Assembly (NCBI GenBank): GCA_039586795.1
Contig: JBDHJS010000021.1
Span: forward strand, 1 to 56,861
DNA length: 56,861 nt
Source of the DNA: Gemmatimonadota bacterium
GTDB taxonomy: Bacteria > Gemmatimonadota > Gemmatimonadetes > Palauibacterales > KS3-K002
Direction of reading: 5' to 3'
The position numbers and the translations under genes are program-made. How positions within the stretch are numbered: the stretch's first letter is position 1; the number at the start of each line of letters is the position of its first letter. Shown here piece by piece: positions 1 to 9,716 of the stretch. The notes under the pieces were generated by a model that was not told the DNA's origin, did no database searches, and was given only the letters and a program-made list of their open reading frames with translations.

Positions 1-1
1 T

Positions 2-187
2 ACCGACGTCATGTCGATCGATCTCGATGTCGTCTGCGGCGTCTATGATCTCGAAACGGGAGCTGTCGTGGCGCCGCGCGAGAGCGGACAGGGGATCGTC
101 TTGGAGCCGGGGCTCGTGAAACCACCTTCATCGCTTGCCGAACTCGTACAATTAGGCATCCAGCTGGTGAGCGGAGAGTCGACGTGA
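2..187 (+). CDS. 3' end of a CDS truncated by the window edge; possibly the C-terminus of a beta-carbonic anhydrase-like protein
   Basis: Open frame from base 2 to TGA 185-187: TDVMSIDLDVVCGVYDLETGAVV...GEST*. 'GVYDLETGAV' resembles the C-terminal GxxYDLxTGxV motif of beta-CAs; no catalytic motifs are visible. Confidence 0.4.
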   Translation, partial: TDVMSIDLDVVCGVYDLETGAVVAPRESGQGIVLEPGLVKPPSSLAELVQLGIQLVSGEST

Positions 188-270
188 TACGCCGGGGTCG
201 TTGAGATGCGATTGGACGGGCGGCATTTCCGCGGCACGGTTGCGCTCCGATATCCACTCCGGATTGAAAC

Positions 271-570
271 ATGGAAGCTGACGAACTAAGAGAGATTATG
301 GAGTTCCTGCGTCAGCGTGTTGCCGTCGCAGCGAGCACGGACGAGTCGGTGACGATTCGGTTCGACGTACCATCAGTTGACGAGATGACGGCTGCGGGTC
401 TCAACGCTGACGGGAGTGAGAGAATTCTGGCTGCTGCATGGTGGGACGAAATGGTGACGGATGTGTTGGAAACGCCGGAGATGTGCGAGCCGGAGGACAC
501 GCCCGAAGAAGTGCTGGAGTTCGCTCGGGATGTCGTGTCGGAGTATATCCGCAAGCGCGCCGAGCTCTAA
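271..570 (+). CDS. Small acidic hypothetical protein (99 aa)
   Basis: ATG-started ORF filling the gap, protein-like composition; no family recognised. Confidence 0.7.
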   Translation: MEADELREIMEFLRQRVAVAASTDESVTIRFDVPSVDEMTAAGLNADGSERILAAAWWDEMVTDVLETPEMCEPEDTPEEVLEFARDVVSEYIRKRAEL

Positions 571-581
571 CAGGTAAGGGG

Positions 582-3500
582 TCAGCGTCCGGTAGCGGTG
601 CCCGACCCGACCAAGACGAACAGTCCCTGATTGGCTGGCACCAGAACCTGGGACAGATCCAACTCGGCGGCCTCTTGTAGTCCCTCCACGGCCGGTGCGC
701 GGGCGGGCATGCCAGAGAACCGGCCAAGCCATTCTTCGTCGAGCCGTAGACTCACCATCTCATCTTGTTGCGACCAGGATGCGAGGGCGATCAACAACCC
801 ATCGGGACGAACGTATGTCGTGGCCAGGATCCGTGGGTGATTTGTTGTGACCGGAGTGTCCTTCAGCCAGTAGCCCAGCATCTGACTCTCGGCGATCCTG
901 AACTCATCCATCAGCCTCCACACTGGACGCGGGTCTACGTTTCCGTAAAGACGCGCCGTCATCCCATAGAGCAACCCGCGGTAGGGGTGGCCGCCATCCT
1001 GCAACATCTCACCCATCAGACCGAAGGGCAGACCGGATACTTCGGTCAGCCAGTAGTCCTCATCCCGGTCATACTCGAAATACTCGCCAAACCACAGCCG
1101 CGAGATGAACGGGAAGTGCTCCATGTAGAGCATGGCGCTGTTTATGTGACCATCCCGAGGATTGAACTGGTTGGCCGAATGCAGATCGATGACCACTTCA
1201 TCCCGGTGCTCGTGGAGCACCGAGACCAGGCGCTTCACCGTCTCCCGACTGAAGGCGATGTCGTCGAGATACAGCCCATCGATCTTCTGGTTCTCCGCCA
1301 GCCAGTTGAGCCCTTCTATATAGTAGTTCGTCCAGCGTGAAGTCCCCTTGTTGAGCATCGCCGCGTCGTCCACCCGCCAGGCGTGCCAGGCCGAGTGGTA
1401 GTCATCCCCCAAGTGCTCCTGCATCCAGGAGTGCCCACCCCCGACCCCGTCGTTCAGGATCTCATCGCCCAGACTGCGCAGCCCGAACAGCTCGTAAGCA
1501 CGATAGGTCAACTCACGTATAGTGTTGTATAGCTTGACTTTAACGCCTTTAGCGTGAGCTTCTTCTATGTAGGCTTTCTGCAGATCCAGGTTGAAGAAGG
1601 GGTAGTTGATGTACGGGTTGATCTCGTTGGCATGGTGGATGTTCACCACCGTGCCGCCCCAGGCGCGAACCGAGTCCACCGGCACGTACCGGTGCACGAA
1701 TCGGGTGTTGAAGTGCGTCTGCGTGTCGATCGGCTTGAACGGCGTGAGCAGAAATCGGATGTTGAACTGCAATTCCTCGCCGGCCCGCATACGTCGCGAC
1801 CCCGAGTAGTTGAGCGCCGCCACGGCCGCTGCTTCAGTCTCGATCAGGATGCCGCCGCGGCCTTCGTTATACCACGATTCGGGCATGATGAGCGGCTGAT
1901 TCTGGTAGAAGTTCGTGTTGAGAGGGCGGACATACCCATCGTCGCGGAGCACCCATTGCAGGCCCTTGTGAACTCCGCCCAGCCAGACCCCTTCCTGATG
2001 GTTTTCGATCCGCCACTTCCAATCGACACGTTGTGGTCGCTTTCCGCCGCGCGATCCTAGTCCGAGCATGTACTCAGCGGCTTCCGGCTGTAGCGATATC
2101 GGTATGGCGATGTCGCTCACGGTAACATCACGCAGTGAACGCACCGTAATCCGATAGTCGAGCATGCCGTCGTACTCCAACGCACCCTCTACCCGTACCG
2201 CGAAATTCTCAGACTCACTGTCGGCGGTCCACTCAACTCGACTAAGCGCTACCTGTTGCACGGAGTAGTCTGAAGCACGCAGCGACTCGGTGCGTTCATC
2301 AACGATGATCTGCAATCCAATCGGTTGCGCGAGTAATGATTGTGGGGAATCAAGCAACTCTGTCAGCTCGGGACTAAAGTAGCTCAAGAGCTCATCCGGG
2401 AGCCCCGTCGCCCCGAGTTGGACGGTACGCCCGAGGATGTTCAGCGATCGGCCCTGGATGCCAACCGGGATGAACGGCTCGATGATGAAGTCAGAATCGG
2501 TACCTACGGTCGAATTGAGCCAGGCGAGCCGGGTCATCAGTTCCGGCTCGTCAAATCCGCTGTTAGTCGCCCTGCTGGATTGTACATCGATGGCCACACG
2601 GATCGTCTTCTGGCCTCGGTTGGTGCTCGATACCCTTACTTCACCCGAGTATTGGCCGGGCGCTGCGTCCTCGGGGATGGCGATTCCGATCCAGAGCGGC
2701 TGAACTGTTTCCGCGGCTACAGATACTTTCGTGGCGAACCGCTGACCCTTTTCGTCGATCCCCCCGCAATTGATGCAAGTGATCGCATCGGCTAGCGACT
2801 CGGGAAAGTCGTCGAATGTCACCCCAACGTCGGTCAGTGGCTCGTCGCCGGACACCACCGCGACCTGAAACGTGAAGTACTCGCCTCGCAGAGCCCGGCT
2901 GGCGAATTCGTCCGTTTGACCGCGCTGCGTCCAGTGATGCGGCAGGAAGTGGCGCATGCGCACGGGGTAGTCGCGGTGTTCGGGTACCAGGGCCCAGCCA
3001 TCGGTGGCGCCCGACATGAAGGCAGTGGCCTCCGGCTCGGTTGCGATCACCTCCATGGGGAAGAAGCTGTGAAACTTGTTCACTGATTGAATGTGCGTAA
3101 CGCGTGCCTGCGGGAGATCGTTCGGTGATCCGGTTCTTACGCGCCGTTCCCACTCCGCGTCCGCGGCCGATTCGATTTTGGGGTAGGTCACGCGCGGGTA
3201 GTAGCCGCCCGTTGATTCCCAAGGCATGTAGTAGACGTGGTAGATGGTGGAGCCAACGTTGGGCTGAAATACCACATCCCCAGAGGCGTTATCCACACGC
3301 AGCACCAGCGTGTTGGCGACGGGCTGGTTCGATGCCGCATCCAGGACCACGATCGACTTAGCTCCCGGATTCCGGTCATGCCGCCGCCATGGGATGGTGG
3401 CTTCAACGGCATCGACGCTGGTGCTATCGACCTCGACAACGGCCCGATGGTTTCCCCATGAGAGTCCTTCGGCACCTGCTGCGAGATGGGGCTCCCAGTT

Positions 3501-3647
3501 TCCGGCCTCGAAAATCACTCCGTCAACGAGATTGGGAAGGGTCGGTGCCCGGTATAGATCACTCGGTGCGTCAGGCTCACCGCAGGCGCAGAGTAGGGCG
3601 GCGCCGAAGAGGAGAAACGACAGGCTTCGTGTGGGAATACGTGTCAT
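582..3647 (-). CDS. DUF6067-like putative glycoside hydrolase domain lipoprotein (1021 aa)
   Basis: Lipobox-like LLCAC; motifs WGNHRAVV, IPWRRHD, NIHHANEINPYINYPF, DGLYLDDIAF and LWFGEYF, which I recall from DUF6067-family proteins. Confidence 0.75.
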   Translation of the reverse strand: MTRIPTRSLSFLLFGAALLCACGEPDAPSDLYRAPTLPNLVDGVIFEAGNWEPHLAAGAEGLSWGNHRAVVEVDSTSVDAVEATIPWRRHDRNPGAKSIVVLDAASNQPVANTLVLRVDNASGDVVFQPNVGSTIYHVYYMPWESTGGYYPRVTYPKIESAADAEWERRVRTGSPNDLPQARVTHIQSVNKFHSFFPMEVIATEPEATAFMSGATDGWALVPEHRDYPVRMRHFLPHHWTQRGQTDEFASRALRGEYFTFQVAVVSGDEPLTDVGVTFDDFPESLADAITCINCGGIDEKGQRFATKVSVAAETVQPLWIGIAIPEDAAPGQYSGEVRVSSTNRGQKTIRVAIDVQSSRATNSGFDEPELMTRLAWLNSTVGTDSDFIIEPFIPVGIQGRSLNILGRTVQLGATGLPDELLSYFSPELTELLDSPQSLLAQPIGLQIIVDERTESLRASDYSVQQVALSRVEWTADSESENFAVRVEGALEYDGMLDYRITVRSLRDVTVSDIAIPISLQPEAAEYMLGLGSRGGKRPQRVDWKWRIENHQEGVWLGGVHKGLQWVLRDDGYVRPLNTNFYQNQPLIMPESWYNEGRGGILIETEAAAVAALNYSGSRRMRAGEELQFNIRFLLTPFKPIDTQTHFNTRFVHRYVPVDSVRAWGGTVVNIHHANEINPYINYPFFNLDLQKAYIEEAHAKGVKVKLYNTIRELTYRAYELFGLRSLGDEILNDGVGGGHSWMQEHLGDDYHSAWHAWRVDDAAMLNKGTSRWTNYYIEGLNWLAENQKIDGLYLDDIAFSRETVKRLVSVLHEHRDEVVIDLHSANQFNPRDGHINSAMLYMEHFPFISRLWFGEYFEYDRDEDYWLTEVSGLPFGLMGEMLQDGGHPYRGLLYGMTARLYGNVDPRPVWRLMDEFRIAESQMLGYWLKDTPVTTNHPRILATTYVRPDGLLIALASWSQQDEMVSLRLDEEWLGRFSGMPARAPAVEGLQEAAELDLSQVLVPANQGLFVLVGSGTATGR

Positions 3648-3649
3648 GG

Positions 3650-6600
3650 TTACGGTTCCAGCTTTAGGGCTCGGAGAAGTAGGCTTCCGGAGAGATCGTA
3701 GAACAAGCCGGCGTACTCGCCAGCTTGCCGAGCGGTGATCTCGTGAAGGTCGGCACCGCGTTGCGCGGCGCTGATCAAGCCGGCAGCGAATCGTCCGACT
3801 TCGGAGTCTTCATCGTACATGACCGAGTCGAGCTCTTCGGTCTGATCGAGGGCTACTAGCGACGGGATCGCCAGTAGATCCAGCCTGTCCGAACGAGTCG
3901 CCTTACGTGTGGCACCAACCACGGTTTGAAAGGCTGCCCGCCCCCGGCCGCCTTCGCCCAGTCGTTCGGCTGTGTAGCCCAGAAGATACTGTACGAGCCG
4001 CTCCTCCGGCTCGTAGGGGCGGCCCTGGCCCAGGTGCTCGGGCCACTCGAGAGCTGCGTCGAGATGGCGTAGCGCATCCTCGTACGCATTCCTTTCCAGA
4101 GCATCGAGCGCCGCCAGCGTATGCGCCTGCTCGTACAGCCGATGGCTCTCCCGGGCATTCTCCGATGGAAGGACGTGTGTGGCATCCAGTATCGCGATGG
4201 CATCGTGGGGCCGATCGAGGTGATTGAGCGACTGCACCTGCAGAAGGTCGAGGTTGAAATCCCCGGGGAACAAGGCGCGCCCAGCGGTCGACTCCGCCAG
4301 TGCGTCGTCCCATCGCCGCTGCTCTTGCAGGTAACGCACCAAATGTATTCGGATCGTGCGGTTCGCACCGTCGAGCTCTACGGCGCGACGGAGATCCGCT
4401 TCCGGGTCTTGCTCACGCTGCTGCCGCAATAGGTAGGCCCTTGCCACGTATAGAGGAGCGAAGTCAGGCGCATCACCAAGTCCTTGCAACAGAGACGCCG
4501 CTTCATCCGATCGGTCACGAGCCCACAGATTCAGCGCCAGTAAATACTCCCATGCCCAGTGTTGGGTATTTCGCGCTGCCCACGCGAGGACCGGGAGTGT
4601 TTCGTGCCGGTAGGGGAATACGAGGTCGAGATCTTCTGCGGAGGGCAACAGGCCAGGGTCGTTCTCGAGCCACGCCAGCCAGGCGCCGAGGAGGGGATTC
4701 CAGGTGGCTTCTTTCCCCAATCGCAGCAGCTCTCGAGCATCGCTCTCAGCGCCGGTCTTTGTGTAGGCGATCGCTAGCTCGAGAAGCGTCTGATCGGGAT
4801 ACTCACTTCGCAAAGACGCAGTAAAGGAACTGGCCGACTCGGCGTCAGGCGCGTCCAGGAACGTCTCTGCCGCGGCGAAGTGATCCAGCGGATCGAGTTC
4901 GAGCAATTCCTCGTGCATCGCCGTCGCCAGTTCCGCATCTCCGCTTTTGCGGCCGATGATCGCGAGCACATGGCGTGCCGGAATGCTGTAGCGGTCATAG
5001 TCCAGGGCCAACCGCGCGTAGTGGGTTGCTTCTTGCCAGTCTCCGCTTGAGAGATGTAACTCGGAAAGCAGAACGTACGCCGCAGAGCGATAGGCCATCG
5101 AGCGGGCCGCCCAACCGTATGCCTCTCGGGCATCAACGGTGCGCCCCAGCGCTCGGTACAGGTTGCCGGCCACGAAGTTAGCGTCCGCGTCGTAGGCATC
5201 GAGTTGCAGAGTACGTGTGGCGTGCGTCAGGCCCTCCTCGTACAGTCCGCGCCGATAGGACAGGTCGGCGAGCCCGAGCAACGCGCCCCGGTGCCAGGGC
5301 TCTTCTTCCAACACGGACTCGAATCGCTTCCAGGCGGCGGCGTAGCGTCGGCCTTTCGCCAGTTCGCGTCCCTCGAAAAAGGCTCGATCGATCTCGGAGG
5401 TCTGAGTGAGAGCGCTTGCCTCCGTCGAAAAGGGTCGAGCCAGTTCCCGCGTTCGGGGATCCGAGGAGTACTCCAAACCCAGCGCAGGCAATTCCACACG
5501 GAAGTCTGTTGCATTGCGGAGATTGATGAGCCGTTCCGTCGGCTCGAGGGCCTTGAGCGCGATGGGTAGCTCGGCCAGCACTCTTTCGCCGGAGTACACG
5601 CGCAAGGTATCGGTGAGGTCCAGGAACGAGTTGAGTTCTACCTTTAGCCTTCCGCCCTCGACGCTCACGTGCATCGCTCCGTTCCTGGCGGCGTCGGTCA
5701 GTCCGCCGATCCCCTCCAGTGGGAACCAGGTCTCCGACCAGCGATCCGCCGCGCCGGGGTCGAATCCCGCCTGCGTGATCGGGTTCACGTCGGCCCCGGG
5801 GGAATACTGCACTAACAGTCGACCAGCCTGGAACTCGACGTACTGCCCGTCGGTGTCGGTGAGCAGTTCTTCCCAGACGCCACCCTCTCGGGACAGCGCC
5901 CACAGCCAGAGCTTCTGCCCGGGCATCTCTTCGTATCGTGACCACTGGCCGAACCCGTAATCGTCGTCGTGGTAGTAGCCACCGAAGAAGTCGTTCAGTT
6001 CGCCGACCACGTGATAGGACTTGTGTCCGGCAAACCTGTTGTTGGCATACTCGGGCAGGTAGCGGCCCTGGTCATCCACGGGCCAGGAGCGTTCGGCGCC
6101 CGAATGGGCGAGGTAGGCGTTGCCGGGGATCGCCATCTCCAGGTCGTCACGGGCGAACGCCGCCGCCGTCATCCAGTTGTAATAAGGCTGCTCCAGCGGA
6201 GTGGGGTTGTACCAGAGAACGTTCGTCTCGAAATAGGCACGATCGGCGGGCAGGCGAATCTCTACGCGCCAGTGCGTACGCGACGGCAGGTCCATCGTCC
6301 CCACGATACAGCTCACGCTTCCGTCGGGGTTTTCGCGGAGCGTGTAGTCGACCGGCGTGGCCGTGGCCGGCGTGTGGCCGATGACGCCGAAGTTGAACTC
6401 GATCCCGCCCGACGTCCACGGACCACGCAGCGCGATGTTCCTGAACTTCATCACCTCGTTGCGGTAGATGAATTCGTGGCCCGTACTCTTCACCACCGCG
6501 CCCCATACCTTTCCGCCCACCTCCGGTAGCACGAAGACCTCGATCAGGTCGTTCTCCAGGTGGACGACCTTCCACTCCCGGGGCACCCCTTCCTTCGCGT

Positions 6601-6793
6601 AGCCCTGGAAGGAGTGGTACGGATATAGCCGCGCGTCGCGGGTCAGGATCGGGATCGGGTTGGGCTCGGAGAACGGATACGTCGTGAGGGTCCGTGTCTC
6701 CTCCGAAACGCGCGCGGTCTGCGCGGCGGAGCTGGACCAGGGCGCTGCGACTGCAGCTGCCAATATGAGCGCGGTGCGGAGCATCGGTGGCAT
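3650..6793 (-). CDS. DUF5107 domain plus TPR-repeat exported protein (1047 aa)
   Basis: Signal peptide; LEND..VFVLPEVGGKVW, RGPWTSGGIEFNF, PGQKLWLW and YVEFQAG motifs of DUF5107; helical TPR-like C-terminal half. Confidence 0.85.
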   Translation of the reverse strand: MPPMLRTALILAAAVAAPWSSSAAQTARVSEETRTLTTYPFSEPNPIPILTRDARLYPYHSFQGYAKEGVPREWKVVHLENDLIEVFVLPEVGGKVWGAVVKSTGHEFIYRNEVMKFRNIALRGPWTSGGIEFNFGVIGHTPATATPVDYTLRENPDGSVSCIVGTMDLPSRTHWRVEIRLPADRAYFETNVLWYNPTPLEQPYYNWMTAAAFARDDLEMAIPGNAYLAHSGAERSWPVDDQGRYLPEYANNRFAGHKSYHVVGELNDFFGGYYHDDDYGFGQWSRYEEMPGQKLWLWALSREGGVWEELLTDTDGQYVEFQAGRLLVQYSPGADVNPITQAGFDPGAADRWSETWFPLEGIGGLTDAARNGAMHVSVEGGRLKVELNSFLDLTDTLRVYSGERVLAELPIALKALEPTERLINLRNATDFRVELPALGLEYSSDPRTRELARPFSTEASALTQTSEIDRAFFEGRELAKGRRYAAAWKRFESVLEEEPWHRGALLGLADLSYRRGLYEEGLTHATRTLQLDAYDADANFVAGNLYRALGRTVDAREAYGWAARSMAYRSAAYVLLSELHLSSGDWQEATHYARLALDYDRYSIPARHVLAIIGRKSGDAELATAMHEELLELDPLDHFAAAETFLDAPDAESASSFTASLRSEYPDQTLLELAIAYTKTGAESDARELLRLGKEATWNPLLGAWLAWLENDPGLLPSAEDLDLVFPYRHETLPVLAWAARNTQHWAWEYLLALNLWARDRSDEAASLLQGLGDAPDFAPLYVARAYLLRQQREQDPEADLRRAVELDGANRTIRIHLVRYLQEQRRWDDALAESTAGRALFPGDFNLDLLQVQSLNHLDRPHDAIAILDATHVLPSENARESHRLYEQAHTLAALDALERNAYEDALRHLDAALEWPEHLGQGRPYEPEERLVQYLLGYTAERLGEGGRGRAAFQTVVGATRKATRSDRLDLLAIPSLVALDQTEELDSVMYDEDSEVGRFAAGLISAAQRGADLHEITARQAGEYAGLFYDLSGSLLLRALKLEP

Positions 6794-6946
6794 GGTCGGT
6801 CTTCTTCAGGTTTTGGAGACGGGTGCCCGGGCTGTGTTCAAGCTACCCTGTGGACGACTCGCCCGCGAGCGGCCCTTTTCGCACGCGATCCGTCCGGCAA
6901 AACCTGTTTCGGTTGAACGCCAACGTGCCACCTTCTGTTTGATGGC

Positions 6947-8023
6947 CTAGCCGGCCTCCCGCCGCGCGATGCGGGTTCGGTGCTGTTCTTCCGTCCGCTC
7001 GCGTAGCGACTCCACCTGCATCGCCCAGCTGTGCTCGAGCCTTTGCTCGAGCATAGCTCGCTTTATCGCACCGACCTTGCTGTCGAAGCGCATGTGGATG
7101 TACAAAACCAGGTTTGTCCCCCGAAGCGGGTACTCCTCCGAGGCCGGGGCCAGCATCGCTAGCTTGATCAACGACTGGAGGTAGTGGCTCGCGTAGACCT
7201 GTTTGACCGCGATCGTCGTGTACGGCAACCCGCTTGCCGGCTCCCGTGAGATCATCATGTGATTCAACGTCGTTACCGGCTTCAGGCCGAAGTCTTCGAC
7301 GGCCCAGTAGTAGTGGTCCTCGATGTCACCCGCCGCGACGTCTGGGAAGCCGTACAGGTAACGATAGAGGCCGGGATCGTGGGCGAGGAAACTCCTGGAC
7401 CCGAAGATCACGGCCCTCACGTCTTCGGCGGCATCGAGCGGCTGCTCTTTATCGTGATAGATGGGTAATCCCTCGTTCCCCTCCATCAGATATCGATCGA
7501 GCTCGGCCACGAGTGTGCTTACCAGGAGTCTCGTCACGCGGCGCTCGTGATCGGGGTCGGACCAGTCGATTCTCTGCTCGAGCAGTTCGATCTGCTCGCG
7601 AGATAGCTTCACCTTGCATTTGCCGACCCGGCACTTGCGGAGTTCCTCGAAATCCACCTCCGGAAGGCGGAGCCGCCGCATGTCGTGCGTAGTCGGCGAG
7701 CTACCGAACACCCCGGCCTGAACGACGATTTCGTCTCCAGCGGACATGAGTTCGATGTCACTGTAGATCTCTGCCAGAGCGTCAACCGGCACTCGGATAT
7801 GCACCGCACTGACCACCGCCACTTCGCGAGGATCGTCTGTATCCAGGACTCTGACTACGACCCGTCGACCCTCCAGGGCCATCATATCGCGGCGATGAAA
7901 GCCGAAGCTCTCGGCGAACAGGCTAGTGAAGCTGGTCTGCGATTGACCCACGTCAGGTGCAATCAACAGCAGCGAACTCGCGATGACGGTTCGCCCTATA
8001 CAGGAGCGTAACGAGTAACGCAT
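6947..8023 (-). CDS. Exported hypothetical protein (358 aa)
   Basis: ATG at 8023 follows a GAGGAGG SD; N-terminal signal-like segment; conserved-looking motifs CRVGKCKVKL, YWAVEDFGLKP and KQVYASHY. Confidence 0.75.
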   Translation of the reverse strand: MRYSLRSCIGRTVIASSLLLIAPDVGQSQTSFTSLFAESFGFHRRDMMALEGRRVVVRVLDTDDPREVAVVSAVHIRVPVDALAEIYSDIELMSAGDEIVVQAGVFGSSPTTHDMRRLRLPEVDFEELRKCRVGKCKVKLSREQIELLEQRIDWSDPDHERRVTRLLVSTLVAELDRYLMEGNEGLPIYHDKEQPLDAAEDVRAVIFGSRSFLAHDPGLYRYLYGFPDVAAGDIEDHYYWAVEDFGLKPVTTLNHMMISREPASGLPYTTIAVKQVYASHYLQSLIKLAMLAPASEEYPLRGTNLVLYIHMRFDSKVGAIKRAMLEQRLEHSWAMQVESLRERTEEQHRTRIARREAG

Positions 8024-8034
8024 CGGGAGCCTCC

Positions 8035-8730
8035 TCAACTCGTCAGGATGAACCAGTCGAGACTGATCCCCACCGTCCAATGAATGATCGCGACGTACCA
8101 CATCGACCTGACCTTCAGGCTGACGGCACCGAAGACGAGGCCCCCGGGCACGGCGCTGAGCGTCTCGGCGAACGGCCGCCCAAAGTGCGCGATGACAGAT
8201 AGCGCTGTCTGCAGAGCGTTGGCCGAGCCGGCTCCGATGCGGTCCTTCAGTCCGTGTAGCAGCACACCACGGAACAGAACCTCCCAGGCAGCGAAATAGA
8301 GGAATTGCAGCAACGCGTAGGGTATGAATAGAGACAGCTCCGGTCGGATCTCTGGGTTGAGAGGGTAGACGAACCGGCTCTGCAGATTTCCCGAGCCGAT
8401 CTTGCCCGCGATGACCGCGAGCGGAATGCCGATCGCCAACCAGATGAGTCCGCTACGCCAGCGACCCAGGCCGAGGCCAAGCTCCGAGAGCCGCAACTTG
8501 AATCCGAAGCGACCGACCAGCACGGGTACGACTCCAAGGATGATCCCCGCACCGATGAAGTGCAGGTATGGCAGCACGGGTGGCTGCGTCATGCTGAGCG
8601 ATCCGCGAGCGCTAACCGTGGCGATGGTGTCGGCCCGAAGGAGGTAGTGGAATACAACTAGCGCGATGCTCGCGATGAGGATCAACGCCTCAGGTCGGAC
8701 CTTCATGAGGTCTGGGCGCGCGTGTGACAT
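8035..8730 (-). CDS. CPBP (CAAX protease/Abi) family intramembrane glutamic protease
   Basis: Multi-TM; WEVLFRG, AHFGRP..E and IIHW motifs; GGAGG SD 8 nt before ATG 8730. Confidence 0.85.
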   Translation of the reverse strand: MSHARPDLMKVRPEALILIASIALVVFHYLLRADTIATVSARGSLSMTQPPVLPYLHFIGAGIILGVVPVLVGRFGFKLRLSELGLGLGRWRSGLIWLAIGIPLAVIAGKIGSGNLQSRFVYPLNPEIRPELSLFIPYALLQFLYFAAWEVLFRGVLLHGLKDRIGAGSANALQTALSVIAHFGRPFAETLSAVPGGLVFGAVSLKVRSMWYVAIIHWTVGISLDWFILTS

Positions 8731-8735
8731 TCCGA

Positions 8736-9716
8736 TCACCTCCCGTTCCCGCGGAGCCAGTGAACCGTCTGAGCGATTCCCTCCCGAAGCGGGCGCGGCT
8801 GGTAACCCAACTCGTTGCGGCTGGCTGTGATATCAACGCGGCGATCCTCGAGAAATACACGCACCCAGCCGGGCGTGATCGAGGCGGCGATGCCAAGGTG
8901 CGTCAGCGCCTCTGAGCCACGCGCGACGGTCATCGCTGCCTTGGTGGGTAGCGGAATAGTGCGTCGCCGTGATCCGGATATGTCGGCGACTAGCTCCAGG
9001 AATTGGCGGAACGATACGTTTTCGGCGCCGCCCAGCATGTAGTGTTTGCCCGAGCGACCGTGCAGAGCCGCGGCTACGATGCCACCCGCCACATCCTCTG
9101 CGTGGACGTAGTTTGCCAGCACATCGTGATCGGCCAGCCGCAAGCGGAAACGCCCGGCTAGATAAAGCGCGATGACGCGAGTCACTCCGTTCGCATCGGT
9201 CAGCGGACCGGGCCCATACACGCGCGTCGGATGTAAGATGACGGCATTCAACCCATCCGCGGCGTACGCCTCGACAAGCTTCTCGCCCTCCAACTTCGTT
9301 GTCTCGTAAGCGGTCGGCCGCTGCGCCGAGTCACTCACCTGAGCCCGGCAGTATGGCGGCAACGTCAATACGGTTGAGACGTGCACGAAACGCTCGACAT
9401 CGTTGCACCTTGATGCTTCGAGTAACCGTTCGACGGCGCCGACGTTCACATCGCGAAACTCGAAGGGGTCCCGGGACCAGGCGCGCGCGCAGGCGGCGAG
9501 GTGAAAGACGGTCTGCACGCCCCAGGTAGCCGTTGTGAAGTCGGTCCCGTTTCGCAGATCTCCGGTGGTTACCTCGACTTGTCGTGCAACGTCGCAGTCA
9601 AGACGACCGGGATCGCGTACCAGTACCCGTACCGATTGGCCATCGTCGAGTAGCCTCTGTATCAAGTAGCGACCGATGAAGCCGGTCGCGCCGGTGACAA
9701 GAGTCCTTCCGTTCAT
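8736..9716 (-). CDS. NAD-dependent epimerase/dehydratase (extended SDR)
   Basis: LVTGATGFIG Rossmann motif, FHLAA, YETTK (YxxxK), VYGPG. Start 9716 forms an ATGA overlap with the upstream stop; the ORF-track N-terminal extension is spurious. Confidence 0.92.
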   Translation of the reverse strand: MNGRTLVTGATGFIGRYLIQRLLDDGQSVRVLVRDPGRLDCDVARQVEVTTGDLRNGTDFTTATWGVQTVFHLAACARAWSRDPFEFRDVNVGAVERLLEASRCNDVERFVHVSTVLTLPPYCRAQVSDSAQRPTAYETTKLEGEKLVEAYAADGLNAVILHPTRVYGPGPLTDANGVTRVIALYLAGRFRLRLADHDVLANYVHAEDVAGGIVAAALHGRSGKHYMLGGAENVSFRQFLELVADISGSRRRTIPLPTKAAMTVARGSEALTHLGIAASITPGWVRVFLEDRRVDITASRNELGYQPRPLREGIAQTVHWLRGNGR

